A stretch of 64,000 nucleotides of DNA from a virus. The number at the start of each line of letters is the position of its first letter. Positions within the stretch are counted from its first letter, which is position 1. Below the pieces are notes generated by a model, which saw nothing but the letters and a program-made list of their open reading frames with translations, ran no database searches and was not told the DNA's origin. The position numbers and the translations under genes were made by a program. Location: positions 19,406-83,405 of IMG/VR virus record IMGVR_UViG_3300044617_002200, one strand, 5' to 3'. Positions 56,867 to 64,000 of the stretch are shown here, in pieces.

Positions 56867-57556
56867 ATGATCACCACTAACATCACCACGGAAAATATCG
56901 TTGCACCATTTATTCTCGCTCCAGTCGAGAGTTTTTTTGCGTCTATCACCGATTCTGAACGCACTTTTCAAACAGACTACTGGAAGGAAGTTTCTCCAGA
57001 AAATGATTCCGAATGTTTTCGGAGATTTTTGTTTGCGTATTGTAGCGTTCATACTACTTGGGAATCGAATATCAAAGCATACAATCTTATCAAGAATTGG
57101 TGGGAGTGGATCAATCAATGGGATGAATTAGAGAACCGCATCAAACAAAGCGGGGCGGGTCTTTATAGAAATCGTGTTCGTTTCATCAAAGATTTTTGTG
57201 CCAAGTTTTGGGCGAACCCTTGCTTTTATACCAAGCAGACAGAAAACGAATCTTGGACTGATTTTCGCAATCGCATTGAGAAAGCAATTCTCGGTCTTGG
57301 TATGGCAAAATCCAGCTTTGCAATCGAAATGATGTATCCTACAATCGGTCAAGTTTTTTGTGCCGATACTCATATGTTTCAACTCTATGGTTGTAATCAA
57401 ACCAAAGATTCTAAAAAATACCAAGACATCGAGAAACATTGGGTTCGTATGTCTTTCGAGTATGAAATCTCTCCATACATTGCTCGTTGCATTTTCTGGG
57501 ACAGAAAACAAAAGCAAGAAAATTCTCGCTACTGGTCGTATGTTTTGGAAAAATAA
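56867..57556 (+). CDS. HhH-type DNA glycosylase-like protein
   Basis: ILGLGMAKSSF HhH-like motif and CADTHM; GAGLYRNRVRFI. Confidence 0.55.
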   Translation: MITTNITTENIVAPFILAPVESFFASITDSERTFQTDYWKEVSPENDSECFRRFLFAYCSVHTTWESNIKAYNLIKNWWEWINQWDELENRIKQSGAGLYRNRVRFIKDFCAKFWANPCFYTKQTENESWTDFRNRIEKAILGLGMAKSSFAIEMMYPTIGQVFCADTHMFQLYGCNQTKDSKKYQDIEKHWVRMSFEYEISPYIARCIFWDRKQKQENSRYWSYVLEK

Positions 57557-57594
57557 TCCTTGAATTTAAAATCAAAAAAATATATTCTTTCAAT

Positions 57595-57789
57595 ATGATC
57601 ATCACACGCAAATCACCATTCAGCGGTAAAATTAACAAGATGGATATCAATGTCACAGCGGGTCAAATTGTCCGTTGGGAAATGGGAGAGTTGATTCAAA
57701 ATGCCATGCCGAATTTAACCCCATCAGAACGCGAGTTCATTAAAACTGGGATAACTGATGAAGAATGGCAAGCAGCTTGTGGTGAATAA
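57595..57789 (+). CDS. Small conserved-looking phage protein
   Basis: MIITRKSPFSGK...LIQNAMPNLTPSEREFIKTGIT..EW. Confidence 0.7.
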   Translation: MIITRKSPFSGKINKMDINVTAGQIVRWEMGELIQNAMPNLTPSEREFIKTGITDEEWQAACGE

Positions 57790-58201
57790 TATAAACAAAC
57801 AAAACAAACAAACAAAAAACATATGAAAATAATCGAAGGCGCAATCTATAAATATAATGATGAACTCGTCCGCTTGCGTAAGCGAGTCGGAATCATGGCT
57901 GTCTTGTCTCGTCGCAAGAAAGCAGGGTTTATTGGTGTTACTAGCAAGCTTGAAAAGGTCAATAAGAAACAGGTAGCTAAATTTCTAGGACACACATGAA
58001 ATAAATACTTGAAACTCAAGGCCTTGCGAAAGGCCGCCCCCCCCGCGCGCCGCAAGTCCTTATAAATAAAGGGTTTATAAAATAACCTCTAGCAAGAATC
58101 ATGCCAACTTCTGAAGTCGAAAAATACGGCTTCAAACTTTAATAAAAAAAATCAAAAAAAAATCTTGCCGTGCGTTCAAATCATAGTATGATGAAATCTC
58201 A

Positions 58202-58993
58202 ATGAAAGCACTAAACCTAACACTACATTGCGGCGGCCACTCCGTCGAATCCACCGAAGTTCAACAGGTCGCCACTCCTATGGCTACCGACTCATGGCAT
58301 CCGATTCCTCACTTTTCGCTCATCGAGCGTCTTCGTGAGATTGTTTCTGACGCTGGAATGACAATCACGCAAGAAGCTCATGCCCTTGCTCGTAATGGAC
58401 TCCGCTATTTTGGGCTTTTCCAAGTGGCGGGAATCCCTAACTTCTCTCAAGAAGACAACATTGGAACTGTAATCGGGCTTCGCAATTCCCATGACAAGTC
58501 TTTTCCAGCCGGAATCAACGCGGGGTCTGCTCCGTTCGTTTGTGATAATCTTGCGTTCCATAACGAAATCAAGATTGCTCGTCGTCACACCAAGTTCATC
58601 ATGCGCGATTTACCGACGCTTTTAGCAGGAGCATTTGGTAAGCTGACTACAACTTGGGGCAACAATGCGGCACGAATCGAAGCCTATCAATCGCGTCAGC
58701 TTAATAACCCAGAAGCTCACGATATTCTTGCTAGAGCATATCGTTGCGGTGCAGTAAGTAAGACTCATCTTGCGGATGTGCTTGACCAATGGCATAATCC
58801 AGAACATGAGGAATGGAAACCAGAGCGTAATCTGTGGGGTCTGCATAATGCCTTCACTAATGTCATGCGTGGCAATGTGTTAGCACTACCAAAGCGTAGC
58901 GATGCCCTACATGGTCTGCTCGACCCGCTGGCGGGAGTAAAGTTCGCCAGAGCAGAAGAAGTTGGCGATGAGGCACTTGCCCTCCCTGCTTAA
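58202..58993 (+). CDS. DUF932-family protein
   Basis: PIPH, GLRNSHDKS, FVCDNLAF, RRHT, LWGLHNAFT. Confidence 0.75.
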   Translation: MKALNLTLHCGGHSVESTEVQQVATPMATDSWHPIPHFSLIERLREIVSDAGMTITQEAHALARNGLRYFGLFQVAGIPNFSQEDNIGTVIGLRNSHDKSFPAGINAGSAPFVCDNLAFHNEIKIARRHTKFIMRDLPTLLAGAFGKLTTTWGNNAARIEAYQSRQLNNPEAHDILARAYRCGAVSKTHLADVLDQWHNPEHEEWKPERNLWGLHNAFTNVMRGNVLALPKRSDALHGLLDPLAGVKFARAEEVGDEALALPA

Positions 58994-59008
58994 CCTATAA
59001 GCAATTAA

Positions 59009-59043
59009 GTTTAAGGCTCCAAATCGGAGCCTTAAATTTTTTT
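59009..59043 (+). terminator. Rho-independent terminator
   Basis: tttaaggctcc-aaatc-ggagccttaaa followed by a T-run. Confidence 0.8.
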
Positions 59044-59190
59044 GCGACTAGGTTCTTTTACAAGTCATTTAACAGTAATGAGTTGCGTGCGAGCGCCCCC
59101 CGGCCCGCCGCAAGTCTTTGCTAATCAAGGCGTTATAGCTGATTTTTTTTATTTGACACCGAGTAGAAATAACAATACTTTTATTTCGAT

Positions 59191-59535
59191 ATGTCACCAC
59201 AAGAAATCCAATCAATCGCAGACTTGACCGCTAAATTTTTAGGCTTGACAATTAGACCAAAAGCTATAATCAAAGAAACCAGCAGGGGCTATGCTTGGAC
59301 TGATAAAGGTTGGTTTACAATGCCACAATGGGCGATTGATCATAGCGAAGAATGTGCGATGTATATAATCATCCATGAAATTTGTCATTTTTTGAATGGA
59401 GGGTTAGATCATGGCACGGAATTTGCTTCCGTAGAAGATCGCGCTCTTGAATTTTGGAATTTGAAAATAGAAAGAACAAAAAAAAATGTATATGCAAAGA
59501 AAATAATTTCCAAACGAGGGGTTTTTTCTATTTGA
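59191..59535 (+). CDS. SprT/M48-like HEXXH metalloprotease
   Basis: YIIIHEICH...HGTEF. Confidence 0.7.
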   Translation: MSPQEIQSIADLTAKFLGLTIRPKAIIKETSRGYAWTDKGWFTMPQWAIDHSEECAMYIIIHEICHFLNGGLDHGTEFASVEDRALEFWNLKIERTKKNVYAKKIISKRGVFSI

Positions 59536-59569
59536 CTTCTACCAAAAATAAAATTAAATTTATATTCCT

Positions 59570-59752
59570 ATGCCAAAACTAAAATCCTACAAAATTATTA
59601 GCGATACTGACGGAAACGATTTTTTCAAAGTTTCTGCAAGAGACGAGTGCGATGCCGCGATGGAGGGCTTGGAGCAACTTGGATGGTTTGTTTCTGAATC
59701 TAACTCCGAAGACGAAGAAGAAGACGAAAACCAATATCAATTTAATTTCTAA
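59570..59752 (+). CDS. Small acidic hypothetical protein
   Basis: 60 aa with own TTGACT promoter. Confidence 0.6.
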   Translation: MPKLKSYKIISDTDGNDFFKVSARDECDAAMEGLEQLGWFVSESNSEDEEEDENQYQFNF

Positions 59753-59795
59753 AAAAACATTGACTCAATCATAAAAAAATACTATTCTAAAAAAG

Positions 59796-60611
59796 ATGAA
59801 AACACTAACTGCCTTTATCAAAACCGACGACTCACTTACCATCGTTATCGACAACACCCCGAAAACGATGTCTGTTAATCACCCCTCTTTCGACGATGCA
59901 ATCTCTGCTCTTGAGAATGGCGACATCGACTTGCTCGACTCTCTTTTCGATGTGAAAAACAAAATCCAAAAAGAGTTTGTTTCTACAAGTTCCCGATTTG
60001 GTGGGGTTGAAATTTGTGATGATGGAACAATCCTCTATAATGGAGAAGTTATCCATAATTACATTGTTGACAAAATCTTCGAGTTCATGGATTGCCGACT
60101 GCCTTTCCAACCTCTTGTCAACTTCTTGGAGAAACTGATGGAGAACCCTTCTAAACGCGCAGTTGATGAACTTTACAAGTTCTTGGAACACAAGCATCTT
60201 CCTATCTGCGAAGATGGTGATTTCCTTGCCTACAAGAGTGTTCGCGAAGATTATATGGATCACCACTCTGGAAAGTTCAGTAATCATGTGGGGTCAGTTC
60301 TTGCGATGCCTCGCAATGCAGTCTGCGACGATGCTGATGTTGGTTGCTCTTATGGTTTCCATGCTGGTAGCTATGAATACGCTTCGACATTCGGCGGAAG
60401 TGGTTCTCGCCTTGTGATTGTCAAGATCAATCCTGCTGATGTTGTTAGTGTTCCGCGTGATTGTAATTGTCAGAAACTCCGCACTTCTCGATATGAAGTT
60501 ATGAAGGATTTCGAGGAAATCTACAATAAGCCTCTGAATACAGAGTTTAAGTCGAAAAACTCTCATAATCAACGAGATAGTAAGGGCAGGTTTGTTGCGA
60601 AAGCAAAATAG
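59796..60611 (+). CDS. rIIB-like protein
   Basis: NPSKRAVDELYKFL, DGDFLAYKSV, MPRNAV.DD....CSYGFHAG, VKINPADVVSVP.D....KLRT.RYEV. Confidence 0.85.
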   Translation: MKTLTAFIKTDDSLTIVIDNTPKTMSVNHPSFDDAISALENGDIDLLDSLFDVKNKIQKEFVSTSSRFGGVEICDDGTILYNGEVIHNYIVDKIFEFMDCRLPFQPLVNFLEKLMENPSKRAVDELYKFLEHKHLPICEDGDFLAYKSVREDYMDHHSGKFSNHVGSVLAMPRNAVCDDADVGCSYGFHAGSYEYASTFGGSGSRLVIVKINPADVVSVPRDCNCQKLRTSRYEVMKDFEEIYNKPLNTEFKSKNSHNQRDSKGRFVAKAK

Positions 60612-60657
60612 TTTCAATACCGAGTAAGTATTGAAAGTTGGTTAGTGGTGGGTCAGC

Positions 60658-60697
60658 GGCGGCAAGACTTGTGGTGGGTCTTGCCGCCTTTTTTTTG
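60658..60697 (+). terminator. Rho-independent terminator
   Basis: ggcggcaagac...gtcttgccgcc followed by T8. Confidence 0.85.
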
Positions 60698-60900
60698 TGC
60701 CACAGCTTTTGTTGTAAATTACTCCAAGTCAAAGAGTTGCGGCTGCCGCCCCCCCCGCGCTGTGCAAGTTGTTGATAATCATGCTTTTATACTAAAACCT
60801 GTAAGCAAGAATCGTGCCATAAAAAAATAAATAAAAATTAAAAAAAAATGCTTGCGCGGTGTTCAAATTATAGTAATATGAGATTTCACCAATACCACAC

Positions 60901-63165
60901 ATGATTATAGCTCAATCCAAAGCAAATGTTGTCACTAACGGAATCCAAGGTGCTGTTTCTTTCGGCATCAAAAACGATGGTCTTGCTCACATTTTTAATG
61001 TGCTACGCAACCAACTTTATTCCGATAAAATTCTTGCCATTCTCCGCGAGTATTCTTGCAATGCCGTGGATGCCCATGTTGAAAACGGATGCGGTTCTCG
61101 ACCTATTGAGGTCACGCTTCCGAATCGTCTTGAACTCTCTCTCAAAATCCGTGACTTTGGTGCTGGATTGAGTGAAGAAGATATTCAAGAAATCTATGCG
61201 TTTTATGGAGAGTCCACTAAACGCCAAAGTAATTCTCTAATCGGTCAACTCGGTCTTGGTAGTAAATCCGCGTTTTCTTATGGTGACAATTTTGTAATCA
61301 ATAGTTTTAACAACGGACTAAAAACAACTTACAACGCATATATCGACCCTTCCCAAATCGGTCAAATTGCTAAACTTGCGAGTGTTAGTTCTAAAGAGGA
61401 AAGCGGAGTCGAGATTGTTATTCCTGTTAAACCTTCTGATGTTGAAACTTTTGCTGAAAAAGCCAAGCAGGTATTCAAATACTTTGCAGTAAAGCCTATC
61501 ATTAAGGGTGTTGCTCCTATTGACTTTGGAAATAGAGCATCTTCCTTGGAGGGTCAAAATTGGCGCATCGTTAGTAATGATAGAAGTGTTTATGGTAGCT
61601 CGCAAAAGTCCGTAGCTATAATGGGTAATATCGGTTATGTTATTAACCCTTCTTCATTGAAACTCGATGAGAATGTTTCTGATGATTCTATCTGCCAGAA
61701 ACTTGTGTCTAACTCTAATCTTGATTTTGAAGTTAAGTTCAATATCGGTGATTTGGACATTGCCGCATCCCGCGAAGGATTGCAATATACAGATAGGACT
61801 ATCAATGCTATCAAATCTAAATTCGTAGGAATCCACAACGAAATCGTTGATAAGGTTTCTAAAGAAATGGATACAGCACATAGCGAGTTTGCTTTCAAAA
61901 AAATGATTGGCAATATGTCTGATATGTCCAGTCCTTACTACTTTGTTAGTCGTGCTGTTAAGAATTTGAAGTGGAAAAACAAGGTTGTTTCTTCCAATAT
62001 GTTTACCTTTCCTTCTCCGAGTCGTGCTATTCGATATACTCCGAGGCGTGGATATGTGGGTGGTAATTATACTACAAAAGGCGGAGATTTAATTACTGAT
62101 ATGGATAATAAAAATATCCATCTCAACGACAAAGAAGTTTTTATTGAAAATACCCGTAAACTTCGTTCTTGTTTAGTTAATTATGCTTACAACTTTCTAA
62201 AGGATGGTAAATCTGTTTGTATTCTTACTTTCGATAATAAAACTCAACGCGACAATTATCTGAAAGCGAATGGGTTGGTTGATAGTGACTTGGTTGACAT
62301 TTCTACTCTCCAAAAAATCATCCTGCCTCGCAATACTCGCAGTCGTGTGAATACTAATGTTTCGACTGCTGTTCGTAGCAAGCACACTAAAAATGTTTTT
62401 CAGCTTAAAACTCAAAACATTCCTTCTTACACTTCTGTTCGTTCGGACTATTGGGAAGAAGTAAATGTCGATCTGGATGACAAAAACCTTAAATCCGAAT
62501 ACGCTTGGGTTGACATCGAAAGATTTGAAGCGGTTCTTAACAAAACCCGCGACATTGTAATCGCCCCTTCTTCCCTTGTTGCTCTTAATCGCCACATGGA
62601 AACAATTAAAAAGCAATATCCTTCTTTTGTTATTCCTAAAATCATTGGCGTTAAGTTCGGAAAAACAGATGGAGATTCTATTCGTAAAGCAACTCAAAAC
62701 CTAAAAGACTTTGTGACCGATCAACTTAAAAGTTTGTATGGCAAAGATAATCTTTCGGATAAGTTTTGGGCGGGAGAAATGAGTAGCAAGTTTTCTTCTG
62801 ACAATTATGTTCTATTCCGTTGCGTGTTTCCTTTGCTAAAAGAAACCATTGCTCCTAACGCTTTTAAGATTTTGAACGAGCTTAAAGATGCCTCTACCCC
62901 CTCTCAAAAAGAGACTCATCTTCTTACTCCTTCACGGGATATAAAGCAAATCTTGAAAATCAAAGATTCTGAAATTTACAAAAATCAATCAGACAATCTG
63001 AATAAACTTTCTGACAAATTAAACAAAGTTGAGAAAGCCCTTCCATTGCTGAAAGTTGTAGATCAATATGACTTCAATCAGTATCGTGATAAAAAAGATA
63101 TTGCAAAAAATGCTTCTATTGATTATGTTCAGACAAGAGACTTTATGCTATGTGGTGTAGCGTAA
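60901..63165 (+). CDS. rIIA-like protein (GHKL/Hsp90-type ATPase N-terminus)
   Basis: LYSDKILAILREYSCNAVDAH, IRDFGAGLS, YGESTK, IGQLGLGSKSAFSY, DIAASREGL. Confidence 0.88.
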   Translation: MIIAQSKANVVTNGIQGAVSFGIKNDGLAHIFNVLRNQLYSDKILAILREYSCNAVDAHVENGCGSRPIEVTLPNRLELSLKIRDFGAGLSEEDIQEIYAFYGESTKRQSNSLIGQLGLGSKSAFSYGDNFVINSFNNGLKTTYNAYIDPSQIGQIAKLASVSSKEESGVEIVIPVKPSDVETFAEKAKQVFKYFAVKPIIKGVAPIDFGNRASSLEGQNWRIVSNDRSVYGSSQKSVAIMGNIGYVINPSSLKLDENVSDDSICQKLVSNSNLDFEVKFNIGDLDIAASREGLQYTDRTINAIKSKFVGIHNEIVDKVSKEMDTAHSEFAFKKMIGNMSDMSSPYYFVSRAVKNLKWKNKVVSSNMFTFPSPSRAIRYTPRRGYVGGNYTTKGGDLITDMDNKNIHLNDKEVFIENTRKLRSCLVNYAYNFLKDGKSVCILTFDNKTQRDNYLKANGLVDSDLVDISTLQKIILPRNTRSRVNTNVSTAVRSKHTKNVFQLKTQNIPSYTSVRSDYWEEVNVDLDDKNLKSEYAWVDIERFEAVLNKTRDIVIAPSSLVALNRHMETIKKQYPSFVIPKIIGVKFGKTDGDSIRKATQNLKDFVTDQLKSLYGKDNLSDKFWAGEMSSKFSSDNYVLFRCVFPLLKETIAPNAFKILNELKDASTPSQKETHLLTPSRDIKQILKIKDSEIYKNQSDNLNKLSDKLNKVEKALPLLKVVDQYDFNQYRDKKDIAKNASIDYVQTRDFMLCGVA

Positions 63166-63193
63166 TCGTGGAGTGTTAGTCATGGTGAAGACT

Positions 63194-63222
63194 GGGGGCG
63201 GGAAACCGCCCCCTTTCTTTTT
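63194..63222 (+). terminator. Rho-independent terminator
   Basis: ggggcgg-gaaa-ccgcccc hairpin followed by a T-rich tail. Confidence 0.85.
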
Positions 63223-63392
63223 GCCTTGGGGAAGACTGACGCAAAGTCCTCAATATAAAAGAGTTGCGACTGGCCGGGGGGGCGCGGCTCCGCAACTCAT
63301 TGGTATTCAATGCTTTATACAAACTTTAAAACAGTGATCTAGAAAAGGGTTGACATCGGCTTCAGGATGTATTATTATAGGTTGTATTATAA

Positions 63393-63468
63393 GTCTCCAT
63401 AGTGTAATCGGTTAGCACAGCACCCTTTCACGGTGTTAGTAGGGGTTCGAATCCCCTTGGGGATGCCA
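63393..63468 (+). tRNA. tRNA-Glu(TTC)
   Basis: Cloverleaf, loop CTTTCAC, CCA; TTGACA-17-TATTAT promoter upstream. Confidence 0.9.
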
Positions 63469-63621
63469 ATACTTGTACGGGTTGGGGCTATTTAAGGGGA
63501 TCGGGTTCGCTAATATTGCCTATTTACTTCAGGGTAGTTCGCTAATCCCTACTTACCTGTAAGGATAGCGAGTGCCACATGGATCACAGTGCTGATTAAT
63601 ATAAAAATTTTTAAATCCATA

Positions 63622-64000
63622 TTAATCCTCCTCCATGTAATCTAGATCATCAACACCAAGGGCTTCTTTCCACGATTGAGGTGCTTCGCTGAAATTATCA
63701 AAGCACTCATCGAAATCACCATCAGGCCCAGATATATACTTTCCGATATATGCGCCCCCCTTATCAACATAATCTAAAACAAATACTTTTCCAGTAAGCT
63801 TCGACAGTTCCTTGATAACGGGCAGAGGAGGAGACCAAGCTGTATAAAAAGAAAGGCTGGTATCGATTAGATGGCCATCATAGGAATTCCATTTAGTTCC
63901 CCAGTTAGCTACTGCCCACTCATACCAGTTCGAGTAGCCATACTTCTCTGCATTCTGACGATACTTTTCCCTAAGCTCCTCTTCTCCTACTGAACCAAGT
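63622..64000 (-). CDS. DUF1281/YubB-like protein, 5' end outside the window
   Basis: WYEWAVANWGTKWN and FYTAWSPP motifs read on the minus strand. Confidence 0.75.
   Translation of the reverse strand, partial: LGSVGEEELREKYRQNAEKYGYSNWYEWAVANWGTKWNSYDGHLIDTSLSFYTAWSPPLPVIKELSKLTGKVFVLDYVDKGGAYIGKYISGPDGDFDECFDNFSEAPQSWKEALGVDDLDYMEED

Larger units (their letters stand above)
47063..60819. promoter_or_regulatory. About 21 intergenic sigma54 (-24/-12) consensus boxes TGGCAYR-N4-YTGCT
   Basis: Plus: 47063, 47939, 48661, 48773, 48868, 49981, 50700, 50947, 52645, 53502, 53683, 54530, 54576; minus: 47888, 48807, 49921, 50887, 53623, 54975, 58091, 60804. Confidence 0.8.
47800..63317. repeat. 12 dispersed 75-76 bp dyad elements (26-bp arm / 23-24 bp GC core / inverted 26-bp arm)
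   Basis: Starts at 47800, 48694, 49833, 50797, 52443, 53535, 54606, 56591, 58002, 59061, 60715, 63242. Confidence 0.9.

Noticed and set aside
59412-59427. Perfect sigma54 box inside the SprT-like gene
   Set aside because: It encodes the conserved HGxEF motif, so it may be coincidental; not counted among the intergenic sites
47079-62697. Many short minus-strand ORFs in the early arm, and ORFs spanning the repeat kits
   Set aside because: They are antisense shadows of promoter-supported plus-strand genes, or translations of regulatory repeats
56521-63191. Shared 11-mer TCATGGTGAAG in the expanded tRNA and after rIIA
   Set aside because: Only two copies of a short word, which could be chance
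47800-63317. CRISPR array or integron attC array
   Set aside because: The repeats are degenerate and 1-2.5 kb apart, there is no cas or integrase gene in the window, no consistent RYYYAAC/GTTRRRY ends were seen, and the modules carry their own promoters
1-64000. Alternative genetic code (stop-codon reassignment)
   Set aside because: Long genes are intact under the standard code and no suppressor tRNA was seen

Overview
This is a 64-kb piece of a large tailed-phage genome (siphovirus-like morphogenesis genes) made of two divergent arms. Arm 1 (1-~46.9 kb, AT-rich, mostly minus strand) holds the late genes. These are tape measure, tail and neck genes, major capsid, prohead protease/scaffold, a lysis cassette, portal, terminase, a phage sigma factor, PhoH, Hsp20, PhoD, Ser-rich proteins, glycosyltransferases and tail fibres. 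A GTGTAW motif precedes many of them and looks like a late promoter. Arm 2 (~47.0-64 kb, visibly more GC-rich coding, mostly plus strand) is an early/accessory region of small genes, tRNAs, tRNA-like and other structured RNAs, and rIIB/rIIA-like genes. Its intergenic DNA is built from a repeating kit of four parts. (i) 12 copies of a fixed-geometry 75-76 bp dyad: 26-bp IHF-consensus-like arm, 23-24 bp polar GC core, inverted arm. (ii) About 21 intergenic sigma54 -24/-12 consensus boxes on both strands. (iii) Five tandem pairs of CCATAY-N3-RTATGG palindromes. (iv) sigma70-type promoters with ATG at +1 (leaderless). These parts delimit 1-2.5 kb gene modules that contain shuffled paralogs, and this array is the best candidate for an undescribed system. 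A second candidate is a 27-bp repeat array in a tail fibre whose variation is concentrated at adenines of an AAC-rich consensus (DGR-like). Product names come from motif recognition and synteny only; no database searches were run.
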